From the NCBI GenBank assembly GCA_031082315.1, contig JAVHLC010000002.1:147362-211361 (forward strand): a DNA stretch of 64,000 nucleotides. The letters run 5' to 3'. The notes under the pieces are model-generated. The model had not been told where the DNA came from and searched no databases. It worked only from the letters and a program-made list of their open reading frames with translations. Source of the stretch: Thermodesulfobacteriota bacterium. Lineage in GTDB: Bacteria > Desulfobacterota > QYQD01. Positions 47,213 to 57,577 of this stretch are shown in pieces. Positions within the stretch are counted from its first letter, which is position 1. Every line of letters starts with the position of its first letter. The position numbers and the translations under genes were made by a program.

Positions 47213-49609
47213 TCATGCGCCGGAATTCAGCTTACGTATGCCGTGCAATTTCTTAACAAATGATGCCCTGGGAGAATCGTCCGGCTCCTGGCCCCCCTCC
47301 ATGGTCTTTATATTCTTTCCGCCAACCAATTCGGACAGTTGATCTACATAATCTTGCAAGGTATGGGCCTGGGCGTTCAATTCTTCGGAGGCAGAAGCGG
47401 TCTCCTCGGCATTGGCCGCATTCTTTTGCACTACCTGATCCATTTGACCCAAGGCATTGCTTATCTGATCCATTCCCTGGCTTTGCTCGCGGGAGGCGGC
47501 CGCTATCTCTGCCACCAGATTAGCGACCTTTTTGGCGCTGGTAGCCACTTCCCGGAAGTCAGCTTCCGTCCCGCTGACCAGGCCGGAACCCTCTGCTATC
47601 TTTTGAATCACATCTTCAATCAGGTTGCTGGTATTCTTTGCCGCTTCGGCCGCCCGCTTAGCCAGATTCCTTACCTCCTCCGCCACTACGGCAAATCCCA
47701 TACCGGCCTCGCCGGCCCGCGCCGCCTCGACTGCGGCATTGAGCGCCAGGAGGTTGGTCTGAAAAGCGATGCCATCGATGGTCTTGATAATTTTACCGAT
47801 TTCCTCACCGGCAGCAGAAATGTTGTGCATAGAGGTACTCATCTGGGACATGGAACTATTGGCCTTTTCTACGACCTGCCTTGACTCTTCCATGAGCATG
47901 TTGGCCTGTTGGGCATTGTCCGCATTTTGCCTGGTCATGCTCGTTATCTCTTCGAGAGAGGCCGAGGTCTGTTCCAGGGCTGCGGCCTGTTCCGAAGCCC
48001 CTTCGGCCAGTTGTTGCGAGGCCCCGGAGACCTCTCCGGCGGCAGAGGACACCTGTCCCGAAGAATCGTTCAATCCGGAAATAACCCTTTCTAAATAGGT
48101 ATTAATGGACCGGCTGATCCAGCCACCCACAATAATGCCGAAAGCTATGGAGATGATACCGGCAATGGCCAGGGCCGTAGTGGTCATGGCTGCCACCTTT
48201 TCCACGGCCTCCACCGCCTTCTCCTGGCCGGCTTCAGCCGAGCGCGTCTTCTCGGCGCTGGCCTGGCCAATCCTTTCAATCAACTTTTTCGCTTCGCTGA
48301 ATATCTGGGCAGAACGGGCCTGGGTGGCCAGATTCTTTAAGATCTGATCCAGAATGCCGTCTTTGCTCAACAATAACCCCCGCATGCCGGCAAAAGCCGA
48401 TTCAACATTCTTTACCGTTGCCGCCTGAGCCCCGGCCCTTATGGAACCAAGGCCGTTTCTAATACCGCCCAGCTCTCTCGCCACTGCCGCAAACTGTCCC
48501 TCCAGCCTGGTCCTCAGATTGCCTGCCTCGTCAGCAGAACCGGCCAACATAATCTGTTTGGAGGTACTTTCTATGGTTCGGGCCAGAATGGCTATATTTG
48601 CGCTGGCTCCTGATATGTGCCCTACCGAGGTAACCAGACGAATGGAGTTGCCCATCTTCTGGTTTTCCTGGGGAACAACCAGATCTAATTTATCTATTTC
48701 GCCGGCAAGTTTGTTGCCGAGCCCCTCAATTTTCTTTGTCATCTCTCCGCTTTTTTTCTCATACGCCTGGCTGAGCGCATCAGACGTTGGATCAGCGATT
48801 ATGCTGGCTCGGGCGGCGAGGAGTCCGGCATCCCCCGAAAATCCCTTTTCTATTTCCTCAACGAATTCCTTTAGCTGACCGGCCAATCCACCCTTTCCAA
48901 TGGCCATTTCTATGCCGTCCGCCTCAGCCCGCATCCTATCCACCTCAGCCCGCATCTTATCTTTAAGCGGGTTCAGCTTGAAGCGATTGAACACCGTATC
49001 TATCTGCATGATCAATGCCCTGGCGCTGCTTAACCTATCTTGAATTACCAGCATTCGCTTAATGAGGGTATTGGCCTTCAGGCTCGCCTCTTTGGATTTT
49101 TCAACCGAGGCATAACTCTCTTTTTGCATTCTTTGCATGGCGGCATCGAGCCTTCCGACCTCCCCGACCACCCCGGCAATGCCCGACCGGAGCTGCTCAT
49201 TGGCCGCAGCCACCTTATTCATACATTGCAGCCTTTCTTCGCCCATAATAGTCAATTGTTTATAGGCTTTTTCTATGTCCTCGACCACCTTCTCATCGAT
49301 ACCCGCCTTTAATTTGGTCAGGTCTTGAACTGTGGCATTGACCTGGGATAATGCCTTATCCGTATCCTTACGAATCGCGGCAAGTTCCGCCGCTGAAGTG
49401 GTCAGGGCCATCTGCGTAAAGTTGGCCGCCACCTTTTCAAACCCCTGCTGGAGATTGACCATCTTTACCTGGAGGGGTGACGACTCCCGGGTCAGATAGT
49501 AGATTTTGCCGCTCACCATGCGCACGGCAAAAAAACCCACCGTGCCCACCCCAGCCACGGCCACGAGGAGCAGGGCTACCAGCAGGAAGAGTTTCCTTTT
49601 AATGGTCAT
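47213..49609 (-). CDS. Methyl-accepting chemotaxis protein with large (~440 aa) helical periplasmic sensor domain
   Basis: N-terminal TM, long coiled periplasmic region, second TM, HAMP, and MCP signalling domain ([39 protein letters not shown]). Confidence 0.85.
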   Translation of the reverse strand: MTIKRKLFLLVALLLVAVAGVGTVGFFAVRMVSGKIYYLTRESSPLQVKMVNLQQGFEKVAANFTQMALTTSAAELAAIRKDTDKALSQVNATVQDLTKLKAGIDEKVVEDIEKAYKQLTIMGEERLQCMNKVAAANEQLRSGIAGVVGEVGRLDAAMQRMQKESYASVEKSKEASLKANTLIKRMLVIQDRLSSARALIMQIDTVFNRFKLNPLKDKMRAEVDRMRAEADGIEMAIGKGGLAGQLKEFVEEIEKGFSGDAGLLAARASIIADPTSDALSQAYEKKSGEMTKKIEGLGNKLAGEIDKLDLVVPQENQKMGNSIRLVTSVGHISGASANIAILARTIESTSKQIMLAGSADEAGNLRTRLEGQFAAVARELGGIRNGLGSIRAGAQAATVKNVESAFAGMRGLLLSKDGILDQILKNLATQARSAQIFSEAKKLIERIGQASAEKTRSAEAGQEKAVEAVEKVAAMTTTALAIAGIISIAFGIIVGGWISRSINTYLERVISGLNDSSGQVSSAAGEVSGASQQLAEGASEQAAALEQTSASLEEITSMTRQNADNAQQANMLMEESRQVVEKANSSMSQMSTSMHNISAAGEEIGKIIKTIDGIAFQTNLLALNAAVEAARAGEAGMGFAVVAEEVRNLAKRAAEAAKNTSNLIEDVIQKIAEGSGLVSGTEADFREVATSAKKVANLVAEIAAASREQSQGMDQISNALGQMDQVVQKNAANAEETASASEELNAQAHTLQDYVDQLSELVGGKNIKTMEGGQEPDDSPRASFVKKLHGIRKLNSGA

Positions 49610-49765
49610 ATTTGTCTCCTTAAAGATCAGCTTTCAGCGTTCAGCCATGCGTCGCAGCCGGGATGCTGCTCCTACGGAATGGGGCCAGGCGGCCGCTTTA
49701 ACCTCCGTAGGAGCGCCTCCCCCAGGAGCAAACTGAAAGCTGAATGCTGATAGCTGACAGCTTAC

Positions 49766-50953
49766 TTATGGTTTAGCCACCTTGGCCACTGGCTTGGCCT
49801 TTCCGCCACCCACCTGGGTCATATAGACCTTGTTCAATCCCTGATGGTTATCCTTGCTAAAAGATACACTCAGACCGCCGATGTCCGTATTGGACATAGA
49901 CTCAATAGTGTCGATCAACCCTTCCCGGGTAAGGACCGCACCGGCCTTTTCTAAGGCTGTAGTAAGCACCCTGGCGGTTACATACCCTTCCAATCTGACA
50001 TAGGAGGGCGCCTCATTGGGGAAGGACTTTTTGAGCGCGGCCTGGAAGTCCCGGACTACGGGCACAGAGGTATCATCCGGAGAAGGGACTACCTGGGAGA
50101 TAATGATCCCATTGGCCGCATCGCCTGACTCCTTTATCAGATTCTCGGTGCCGACAAAGGAAATGGTAGCCAGAACCGGATTAAACCCGGCGGTCTTGGC
50201 CTCTTTCACAAAGGCTGCGATCGGTTTATAAGGGCCGACCATAACCACCGCCCCCGGCTTTGCCGCCATTATGGAGGCCAGGCCTCCCTTGACCGCCTCG
50301 GTATTGCGGGCAAAAGTCCCCGTACCAGCCAGTTTCAAACCGCGTTTTTTAAGGGCCTTTTCCGTCCCACTCAGACCGGCCAGCCCGAAGGCGTCATCCT
50401 GGTAAAATACCGCTATGTCCTTTATTCCCAGGTCGCTGGTTATCCTCTCCACCAGGGCCTCGGTCTCATCGTCATAAGAGGCCCGGATATTAATGATATA
50501 CCGCGAGACCGGGTTCCGGAGTAGTCCGGCGCCGGTAAAGAGTCCCACCAGGGGAACCTTCATCTCCTGCACGATAGGCAGGGCGGCCTTGCCAGTCGGC
50601 GTCCCCACATAGCCGGCCAAGGCAAAGACCTTTTCGTTTTCGATCATGTTAAGGGTGCAATCCACCGTCTTGTCCGGTTCATAACCGTCGTTGCTGGCTA
50701 TAAACTTTATCTTGCGTCCATTGATGCCGCCTTTGGCATTGACCTCATCCAGACAGGCCTTCATACCCACGTTCATGCCCGTCCCCAGCCCGGCTGCCGG
50801 CCCTTCCAGGGCCGCACACTGTCCAATGACCACCTCGCTGTCTGTCACCCCGTCCTCGGCCCAGGCCGCCGGGATAACGAAAGCTATACCGGCTAACACG
50901 GCCGCTACAAACCAGAACCTGTACCCCAAAAACCTTTTGATGCCTTTCTTCAT
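49766..50953 (-). CDS. Periplasmic substrate-binding protein, Liv type (no cognate permease or ATPase genes adjacent)
   Basis: Signal peptide; VIGQCAALEGPAAGLGTGMNVGMKACLDEVNAKGGINGRKIKF is typical of the Liv-type SBP N-lobe. Confidence 0.7.
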   Translation of the reverse strand: MKKGIKRFLGYRFWFVAAVLAGIAFVIPAAWAEDGVTDSEVVIGQCAALEGPAAGLGTGMNVGMKACLDEVNAKGGINGRKIKFIASNDGYEPDKTVDCTLNMIENEKVFALAGYVGTPTGKAALPIVQEMKVPLVGLFTGAGLLRNPVSRYIINIRASYDDETEALVERITSDLGIKDIAVFYQDDAFGLAGLSGTEKALKKRGLKLAGTGTFARNTEAVKGGLASIMAAKPGAVVMVGPYKPIAAFVKEAKTAGFNPVLATISFVGTENLIKESGDAANGIIISQVVPSPDDTSVPVVRDFQAALKKSFPNEAPSYVRLEGYVTARVLTTALEKAGAVLTREGLIDTIESMSNTDIGGLSVSFSKDNHQGLNKVYMTQVGGGKAKPVAKVAKP

Positions 50954-51094
50954 GCCTGTAAACCTCCCTGTTTTTAGAATGTTATAGTGCTGTGTTTACT
51001 TGTATCGGGGGAAAACAAAAAAATCTTAAACAAAAAAAGTAATCGTGAAAAGATTCACGCTAAAACCCCTTTCACCGCCAAGGCGCAAAGAACG

Positions 51095-52190
51095 CACGGT
51101 AGTTTTTTATTATCCCACATTCAAGGTCGAAGTGCAACAAAAGTAGAAGCGACCTCAAGCGGTGTTTTGTAGCCCAGGCATTTTCTGGGCCTGTTGTTAA
51201 TGATTGATTCGACCATTGCCACCTGTTCATCCGTTATCTTACTAAAGTCAGTACCCTTTGGGAAGTACCGCCTGACCAGACCATTGACGCTTTCGTTGGT
51301 TCCCCTCTGCCACGAAGCATAAGGACGAGCGAAATAGCACTGCATGCCTATGGCATCTGTGATCACCTCATGCTGAGCATTCTCGGTCCCGTTGTCCAGC
51401 GTCAGCGTGCGTCTAGCTTTCTCGGGGAGCTCATGAAGCCTTCGTATCACGGTATCCGAAGTCAGCTCTGCCGACTTCCTCTTAAGTTTTGTCAAAAACA
51501 GAAGCCTGCTTTTGCGCTCCACCAGTGAGTTCAGGGCCGCAAGGCTTTTCCTCGATACCAGCGAGTCACCTTCCCAATGACCAAACCGACTCCGGTTCTC
51601 TACCGAGATAGGCCTCTCCTCTATCGGGATACGGTTGGGAATCTTGGTTTTACGCTCCCTTCTGCCTATCCCCTTGGTTTTGCGTTTGCGGTGCCCCCGC
51701 ACAAGGTGTCCTATCAGTTCAGCCCTCCCTTCTGTCTTCGGATGGTAGATGTACTGATAGATGGCCTCGTGGCTTATGCCGAGCCCTGAATGTTCCAGTC
51801 GTATTCTTCCCGCTATGAGCTCGGGGGACAAACCCTGCTTGAGCTTACTGCGAACATACGAGACAACCTGCTCATTCTTGAGCCTCGGTCGGCTGCCTGC
51901 CTCTTGCTTCCTCGTAATTGCACGCTCGTGAGCCCTGTGCGACAGGTACACTTTGTATGCAGGCGTAGCGTTCCTCCTCAACTCCCTCGACAGGATGCTC
52001 TTTGAGCGCCCCAACGCCTCAGCTATCTCTGTCACCGTGTGCCCCAACGACTTCATCTCCGCTATCCTGTCCCTCTCTTCAAGACTGATGTGCCTGTATT
52101 TTTTTCCCATATCCACCCAGAGTACCAGCCATAAGGCCATTTCTCCAAGTGTTGCACTTCCTCATTGAACTGGGGTATTTAATTTAATGC
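51095..52190 (-). mobile_element. IS30-family insertion sequence (~1.1 kb)
   Basis: Single transposase ORF; perfect 11-bp terminal inverted repeat GAAGTGCAACA (51129-51139 / 52150-52160) within longer imperfect inverted repeats. Confidence 0.75.
51121..52110 (-). CDS. IS30-family transposase (DDE)
   Basis: N-terminal HTH (ISLEERDRIAEMKSLGHTVTEIAEALGRSKSILSREL); C-terminal DDE region (DNGTENAQHEVITDAIGMQCYFARPYASWQRGTNESVNGLVRRYFPKGTDF). Confidence 0.85.
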   Translation of the reverse strand: MGKKYRHISLEERDRIAEMKSLGHTVTEIAEALGRSKSILSRELRRNATPAYKVYLSHRAHERAITRKQEAGSRPRLKNEQVVSYVRSKLKQGLSPELIAGRIRLEHSGLGISHEAIYQYIYHPKTEGRAELIGHLVRGHRKRKTKGIGRRERKTKIPNRIPIEERPISVENRSRFGHWEGDSLVSRKSLAALNSLVERKSRLLFLTKLKRKSAELTSDTVIRRLHELPEKARRTLTLDNGTENAQHEVITDAIGMQCYFARPYASWQRGTNESVNGLVRRYFPKGTDFSKITDEQVAMVESIINNRPRKCLGYKTPLEVASTFVALRP

Positions 52191-52699
52191 AGGAGCAACA
52201 TCTTGCTGCGATCCTTATCGCTGGCTTTTTTGTTTGACAGCCCCGGATTTATTTTGCTAAGAGATGCTACAAGGGTGAAGAGGGATTCACTGATGTTGTG
52301 TCCTTTACCGATCCTTGTGTGCCTTTTTTGCCACAGAGGGCGGGAAGTTTAAAATTTAAGGTTCAAAGTTCAAAGTTCAAAAACATGAATAATTTCACAC
52401 TATTCGCTATTCGCTATACGCTATACGCTAGCATGGCACGGTCATTGCTTGGTATGGTCAATGGTCATTAGTCAGTGGTTTTTAATATCTTCCAATTGAC
52501 CAGTGACAAGTGACCAATGACTAAATGAAAGGAGGTGGATCTGAAAGCTGAAACGTAATCGGGCGAGACGCCCGGCCTGCAAGTAAATGAAAGTCAGTCA
52601 ATAATCAGTAGTCAGAAGACAGAATACAGAAGTAAAGGCTGATAGCTGAAAGCTGAATGCTGACAGCTAAACAAAACGGATAAAGGAGAAAGGAAAGAT

Positions 52700-54043
52700 A
52701 TGAAGAAAGGTCTAATTATTATAGCTGCTGCCCTGTTTGTGGCCGCTATGGTGCTCCCGGCTATGGCCGTGGATATGAGCCTGAGCGGTTTCTACAGGGT
52801 GCGCGGCTTCTATCAGAGCAATGCCGACAGCGGCATGGTAACACCTTGGGATGCGGGCGCTGAGCATGGTGCTTACAATGCCGACGACCCGGAGGCCTGG
52901 TGGGATCACATGCTCCAGTTGAACCCGGTCTTTAAAGTGGCCGACAATCTGAAGCTGGTAACCCGCGTCTCTATGTTTAACAACCAGATGTGGGGAAGCA
53001 CCAATACTTCCGGCGCTGTGGCAGATAACGATCTTACTCCGTCGAGTTTTAATACTGCCGCGGACAACATTATCTTCAACCGCGCCTACATCGAGTGGGC
53101 CACCCCCAAGGGCACCTTGAAGGTCGGTCGCATGGCCGGTAACTACACATTCTTTCTGCCCTTCGGGAACACCGAGCTGGATGCCGACCGCATCGTCTAT
53201 GTGTCACCGAATTATAGCGGCTTCAACGTGGTCCTCGGCCACGAAAAACGGGTAGAAGGCAGTGTTGGCACGGATGAAGCGGATAAGGATCATGACCGTT
53301 ATTTCGCCATCCTGCAGTATGCCTGCCCCGGCCTGTACGTCGGCTATGCCCCGGACTGGTACCGTGACCGGCAATCTGACGCTACTGCAAGGATTGACAA
53401 GATCAACCATAATTTCTGCCTGAAGTTGAACGACCCCACGAACACCTTCTTCTTCGAGGGCGAACTTCAGTACCGGGACGGTGAATATGATTCCGATAGC
53501 GGCACGGATTATGACTATGATGGTCTGGGCTACTATGCCGCGGCCGGCATGAGAAAGGGCCCACTTACGGCCTGTCTGGCCACGGCCTTCTGCTCCGGCG
53601 ACGATAACAGCGCTGCTACTACTGACGACGAACGGGGCACGCCCTTCGGCCTGGACTTCATGCCGCTCTACATCGCGACCGGTCCGTACAGCAATATCCT
53701 GACCAGCCAGACCGGCGGCTATGGTGCCGCTATGACGCTTGATACCGGCATGCAAAATACCGGCGCTCAGGTCTATTTGATCTCTGCCGACTACGTGGTC
53801 AACCCGGAGTTGGCCGTGCACGGCGCTCTGGGTGTAGCATACGCGGAAAAGACCACTTCTGGTGTCGATGATGAGTTCGGCAAGGAGTTAGACCTCGGTC
53901 TGAAGTACCAGATCATGAGCAACCTGGCCTATGAGCTACATATGGGCTACCTGTGGACCGGCGACTACTTTAAGGTCGGTTCGGCTTCGGTCAGGACTGA
54001 TGACGTCTATCAGATCGACCACAGCCTGACCCTCAGTTTCTAA
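52700..54043 (+). CDS. Outer-membrane beta-barrel protein (porin-like; C-terminal ...LTLSF), paralog 1
   Basis: Signal peptide MKKGLIIIAAALFVAAMVLPAMA; alternating amphipathic pattern; C-terminal Phe typical of OM beta-barrels; 5' region identical to the paralog at 55507. Confidence 0.6.
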   Translation: MKKGLIIIAAALFVAAMVLPAMAVDMSLSGFYRVRGFYQSNADSGMVTPWDAGAEHGAYNADDPEAWWDHMLQLNPVFKVADNLKLVTRVSMFNNQMWGSTNTSGAVADNDLTPSSFNTAADNIIFNRAYIEWATPKGTLKVGRMAGNYTFFLPFGNTELDADRIVYVSPNYSGFNVVLGHEKRVEGSVGTDEADKDHDRYFAILQYACPGLYVGYAPDWYRDRQSDATARIDKINHNFCLKLNDPTNTFFFEGELQYRDGEYDSDSGTDYDYDGLGYYAAAGMRKGPLTACLATAFCSGDDNSAATTDDERGTPFGLDFMPLYIATGPYSNILTSQTGGYGAAMTLDTGMQNTGAQVYLISADYVVNPELAVHGALGVAYAEKTTSGVDDEFGKELDLGLKYQIMSNLAYELHMGYLWTGDYFKVGSASVRTDDVYQIDHSLTLSF

Positions 54044-54217
54044 GTGATGAGTACTGAGTGACAAGTGATGGGTAAGACTTTTCACCGCAGAGAACACAGA
54101 GAAAAAAGCATATTTACTTTGCGTTCTTTGCGCCTTTGCGGTGAAAGGGTGAAAGAAAGTAACAAACCATTGACTGACTGACATTTTGCAGGCCGGGCAT
54201 CTGGCCTGGTTAGTAAA

Positions 54218-54259
54218 TAAAAAACCGGCCCTGGAGTAATTCCAGGGCCGGTTTTTTTG
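54218..54259. terminator. Bidirectional intrinsic terminator (A-run, CCGGCCCTGGA-GTAAT-TCCAGGGCCGG, T-run) between the OMP gene (+) and hicB (-)
   Basis: Perfect 11-bp stem flanked by AAAAAA and TTTTTTT. Confidence 0.65.
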
Positions 54260-54368
54260 TTCACCACTTATTCACCGCAGAGCACGCGGAGTAGGGTGGG
54301 CTCCGCCCACCGAAACACGCTACGCCGCCAATGATGGTGGGCAAGGCCCACCCTACGTCTGATAGGTA

Positions 54369-54584
54369 TCAGGCATATTGGAGTCGTCGACCCTTGGGCT
54401 CCGGGATCTGCCTGCCGAACTCCTTCGCAGTGTCCAACCAGAGGCCGATCGCCTCTTGACAATTGGTTAAAGCGACATCCGGCGAACGCCCGTGTGCAGT
54501 ACACCCCGGAAGCTCGGGGACTTCCGCAACAAAAACCTGATCCTCTTCACTCCAGTAAATTATGATCTCGTACTTGTGCATCAC
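54369..54584 (-). CDS. hicB: HicB-family antitoxin (UPF0150)
   Basis: YEIIIYWSEEDQVFVAEVPELPGCTAHGRSPDVALTNCQEAIGLWL is the classic HicB N-domain; overlaps hicA by 4 nt. Confidence 0.75.
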   Translation of the reverse strand: MMHKYEIIIYWSEEDQVFVAEVPELPGCTAHGRSPDVALTNCQEAIGLWLDTAKEFGRQIPEPKGRRLQYA

Positions 54585-54835
54585 TCATCGCCTCCAAGCT
54601 TGTACCGCGTAATTACCGCGCGAACCTGCCGGACCTGATAGGATTTTGCCGTTTTGCCCTCGCGCTGAAGATTGATCAATTCCTCGACACCGGGTCTCAC
54701 AAAGATATGGTGGCTGCCACGGACCCGCTCCTGAAAGCCCAGGCGGATTAAAAGGTTGCGTAGCTCATCAAAATTAATATTGGCATTTGCCCGGCCACTC
54801 AGGATGCGCGCAAGTAATTTCTCGTATGTTGCCAT
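54581..54835 (-). CDS. hicA: HicA-family mRNA interferase toxin
   Basis: LIRLGFQERVRGSHHIFVRPG (HicA/YcfA GSHH motif); 84 aa. Confidence 0.75.
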   Translation of the reverse strand: MATYEKLLARILSGRANANINFDELRNLLIRLGFQERVRGSHHIFVRPGVEELINLQREGKTAKSYQVRQVRAVITRYKLGGDE

Positions 54836-55506
54836 TACTGGACTTTATCCGGCATAGTCAAAGAGAGCGACCGGTAAGCGGTGCTCTCTGAGCTTAGAAT
54901 GTATTTTAGTACGATAATTATTCAATAAATCAGGCGATCTTGTCAAGCAGAGATAATCTGGGGCATCAGCTATGTAGGGTGGGCTCCGCCCACCAAAACC
55001 ACGCTGCGCCGCCAATGATGGTGGGCAAAGCCCACCCTACGCCTGTCCTCAATGACTCAATACATTCTCTATAAAAGCATTCCCACCGCCATTAAGGACC
55101 TTACCGCATTTATGGAGGAGATTTCCGAAAGTCTTTAACGCATGTAGCAACCAATCGCAGCATCACATCGTCTGGCCGTTTAACTCCGAAACCGCAGGTG
55201 CCGAGAAGTAACACAACAGAATGACACATTTCTGTTGTCATCCGCATTTGTTTTGTGATAAGAGACCGTCGCAGGAAAGGAGGTAATCGTTAGTCGAAAG
55301 CCAGAAAGCTGAAAGCTATCAAACCGTAGGAGCGGCATCCCTGCCGCGACGTGGCTGGGGCGGAAAAATCCGTTAATAGAAGAGTCAGTAGTCAATGGCC
55401 AGAGAAAGGACTTTTAGCCACAACGACACGGAGACACGGATAAAATTTTTTTCTCTGCGTGCTCTGCGGTGAAAACACAAAAACGGAGAAAGGAGAAAGG
55501 AAAGAT

Positions 55507-56979
55507 ATGAAGAAAGGTCTAATAATTATAGCTGTCGCCCTGTTCGTGGCCGCTATGGCGCTGCCGGCTATGGCCGTGGAGGTAAGCATCAGCGGTTACT
55601 ACCAGGTGCGGGGTTTCTATCAGAGCAATGCTAATCAGGGTATGGTTACGCCGTGGGATGGATCATCCGTACCAGCCGCTGTTGATAATTCTTCGCCAGC
55701 GGACGCTGATTACACTGATCCAGGCGATTTTCCCGGCAATTACGGCAGCCCGGAGGCCTGGTGGGATCATTTCCTGTGCATCGAGCCGGTATTCAAGATA
55801 ACCGACAACCTGAAACTCCATACCGCCATCGGCATTTTTAACAACCAGATGTGGGGAAGCAGTAAGACCAGCGGCGCTTGTTCCTGTGCCGGTGAGGTAG
55901 GAGTGGACGCCTTTGGAGCTGATGCCACCAACATCAGTTGGGATGCTGCTTACATCGAATGGGCCACGCCTAATGGTACCCTTATGGTGGGCCGCATGGC
56001 CGGCAATTACACCTATTTTACGGGCTGGGCCAACACCGAGATGTGTCTGGACCACATCGAATATACCTCGCCGCTGTGGAACGGCTTCGGTCTGAACGCC
56101 TTCATGGAGAAACGGCAGGAAAACAGCGCTACCTCCGGCAACAACGCTGCGGATGAGGACATCGACCGCTATTCGCTGGTCCTCAGCTATGCCCAGCCTT
56201 GTTACTCCATCGGCGCGGGCATCAACTACGTCCGTGACCGGAGTGGGTCTGCTACCGGTACTACCTGGAAGGCCGATCAATATGACTACGTCTTCGGCCT
56301 GACGGCCAATGACCCGACCAACACCTGGTTCTTCGAGGGCGAACTCATGCTCAATGACGGCGACTATACAGATTACTATGGCGCCACGCAGGACATCGAC
56401 CGGGGCGGCTGGGGTTACTATGTCAACCTCGGCATGAAAAAGGAAGCGCTCACGGTCGGTGTGGCCACGGCCTTTACCTCCGGCGATGACAATGACAGCG
56501 ACAGCGACTATGACGTAGGTCCGGCCTCCGGCCTGGACTTCCAGCCGCTCTATATCGTCTATGGTCCATACGGCAACATCCTGAATTCTTCGCTCATGGA
56601 TACGACGAGGAAGGCCGGTTATTCCAATACCACCGGGGAACAGTTTGGCCTCCCGGGAACTGACGGTGGCGCAAACGATACCGCAACAGGTTCACAGGTC
56701 TATTGGCTCTATGCCGACTACCAGGTCAATCCCCAGTTGGCCCTGCACGGCGCCCTGGCCGTGGCCTATGCGGACAAGGTCAACAGCACTCTCTACCAGG
56801 ACGACAAGTTCGGCACCGAGTTTGATTTGGGCCTGAAGTACCAGATCATGAGCAATCTGGCCTATGAGTTGCACTTCGGCTACCTGTGGACGGGCGACTT
56901 CTTCAAGGGTGCGAGCGCTAACAATTACAACACGGATGACGTCTATCAGATCGACCACAGCCTGACGCTGAGCTTCTAG
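55507..56979 (+). CDS. Outer-membrane beta-barrel protein (porin-like), paralog 2
   Basis: Same signal peptide, N-terminal ~45 aa and C-terminal YQIDHSLTLSF as 52700-54043; start set at the ATG at 55507, with RBS and upstream 30 nt identical to paralog 1. Confidence 0.6.
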   Translation: MKKGLIIIAVALFVAAMALPAMAVEVSISGYYQVRGFYQSNANQGMVTPWDGSSVPAAVDNSSPADADYTDPGDFPGNYGSPEAWWDHFLCIEPVFKITDNLKLHTAIGIFNNQMWGSSKTSGACSCAGEVGVDAFGADATNISWDAAYIEWATPNGTLMVGRMAGNYTYFTGWANTEMCLDHIEYTSPLWNGFGLNAFMEKRQENSATSGNNAADEDIDRYSLVLSYAQPCYSIGAGINYVRDRSGSATGTTWKADQYDYVFGLTANDPTNTWFFEGELMLNDGDYTDYYGATQDIDRGGWGYYVNLGMKKEALTVGVATAFTSGDDNDSDSDYDVGPASGLDFQPLYIVYGPYGNILNSSLMDTTRKAGYSNTTGEQFGLPGTDGGANDTATGSQVYWLYADYQVNPQLALHGALAVAYADKVNSTLYQDDKFGTEFDLGLKYQIMSNLAYELHFGYLWTGDFFKGASANNYNTDDVYQIDHSLTLSF

Positions 56980-57073
56980 GAAAACAGGAGACAGAATAGG
57001 ATTTTTCACCGCAAAGACGCGGAGGACGCAAAGGAAGATATAATTTTTCTCTGCGTTCTCCGCGCGCTCTGCG

Positions 57074-57577
57074 GTGAAATTTTTTGTAATGGACATGCCG
57101 AAACGTCTTTATATAGACCCGAAGGAATGCAAGGCCTGCGGCGCATGTGAGGAGATATGCCCGGAGGTCTTCAGGGTCGATGAAAATCTCGGGTATGCCC
57201 AGATACTGGATTTAGAGACGTATCCGGAAGACAAGATCAACGAGGCCATTGTTGCCTGCCCGGGCCGCTGCATTGACTGGAATGAATCAAAGGATGCCGA
57301 AAATCCCCCTGTATCCCCCTTTTCCAAAGGGGGAAGTAATAAGATCCCCCCGTTAGTAAAGGGACAAACTAAAACCCCCCTTTTGCTAAATGGGCAAGCT
57401 AAAATCCCCCCTTTAACAAAGGGGGGCGAGGGGGGATTTTCAGGTGACAACGAATACTTTTGTCAGAAATACCAGGAACCCATCAAGACAAAGCCGCCGG
57501 CCTGTCCCCATCCCCTGGATTACTGTCAGTTCAGGTCTTCCTGCCCGGTGCATTTCTTAGAGAAGGAGCGTAGTTAA
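57074..57577 (+). CDS. Small 4Fe-4S ferredoxin-like ORF whose reading frame continues through an inserted G/C-run palindromic repeat
   Basis: N-terminal ~65 aa: CKACGACEEICP...ACPGRC (single-cluster ferredoxin pattern). Residues ~75-130 (ENPPVSPFSKGG...IPPLTKGGEGGF) are encoded by the repeat at 57296-57445. Confidence 0.45.
   Translation: MKFFVMDMPKRLYIDPKECKACGACEEICPEVFRVDENLGYAQILDLETYPEDKINEAIVACPGRCIDWNESKDAENPPVSPFSKGGSNKIPPLVKGQTKTPLLLNGQAKIPPLTKGGEGGFSGDNEYFCQKYQEPIKTKPPACPHPLDYCQFRSSCPVHFLEKERS
57296..57445. repeat. G/C-homopolymer palindromic repeat (AATCCCCCTGTATCCCCCTTTTCCAAAGGGGGAAG ... CGAGGGGGGATT); copies at 57683-57760 and 58150-58230
   Basis: Three copies sharing CCCCC(T)TTT..AAAGGGGG hairpin arms and the GACGAGGGGGGATT end. 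Confidence 0.55.

Noticed and set aside
53204-53821. 205-aa - strand ORFs inside both OMP genes (also 55663-56280)
   Set aside because: Antisense to the paralogous OMP genes; no independent signals; Arg/Gly-rich antisense artefacts.
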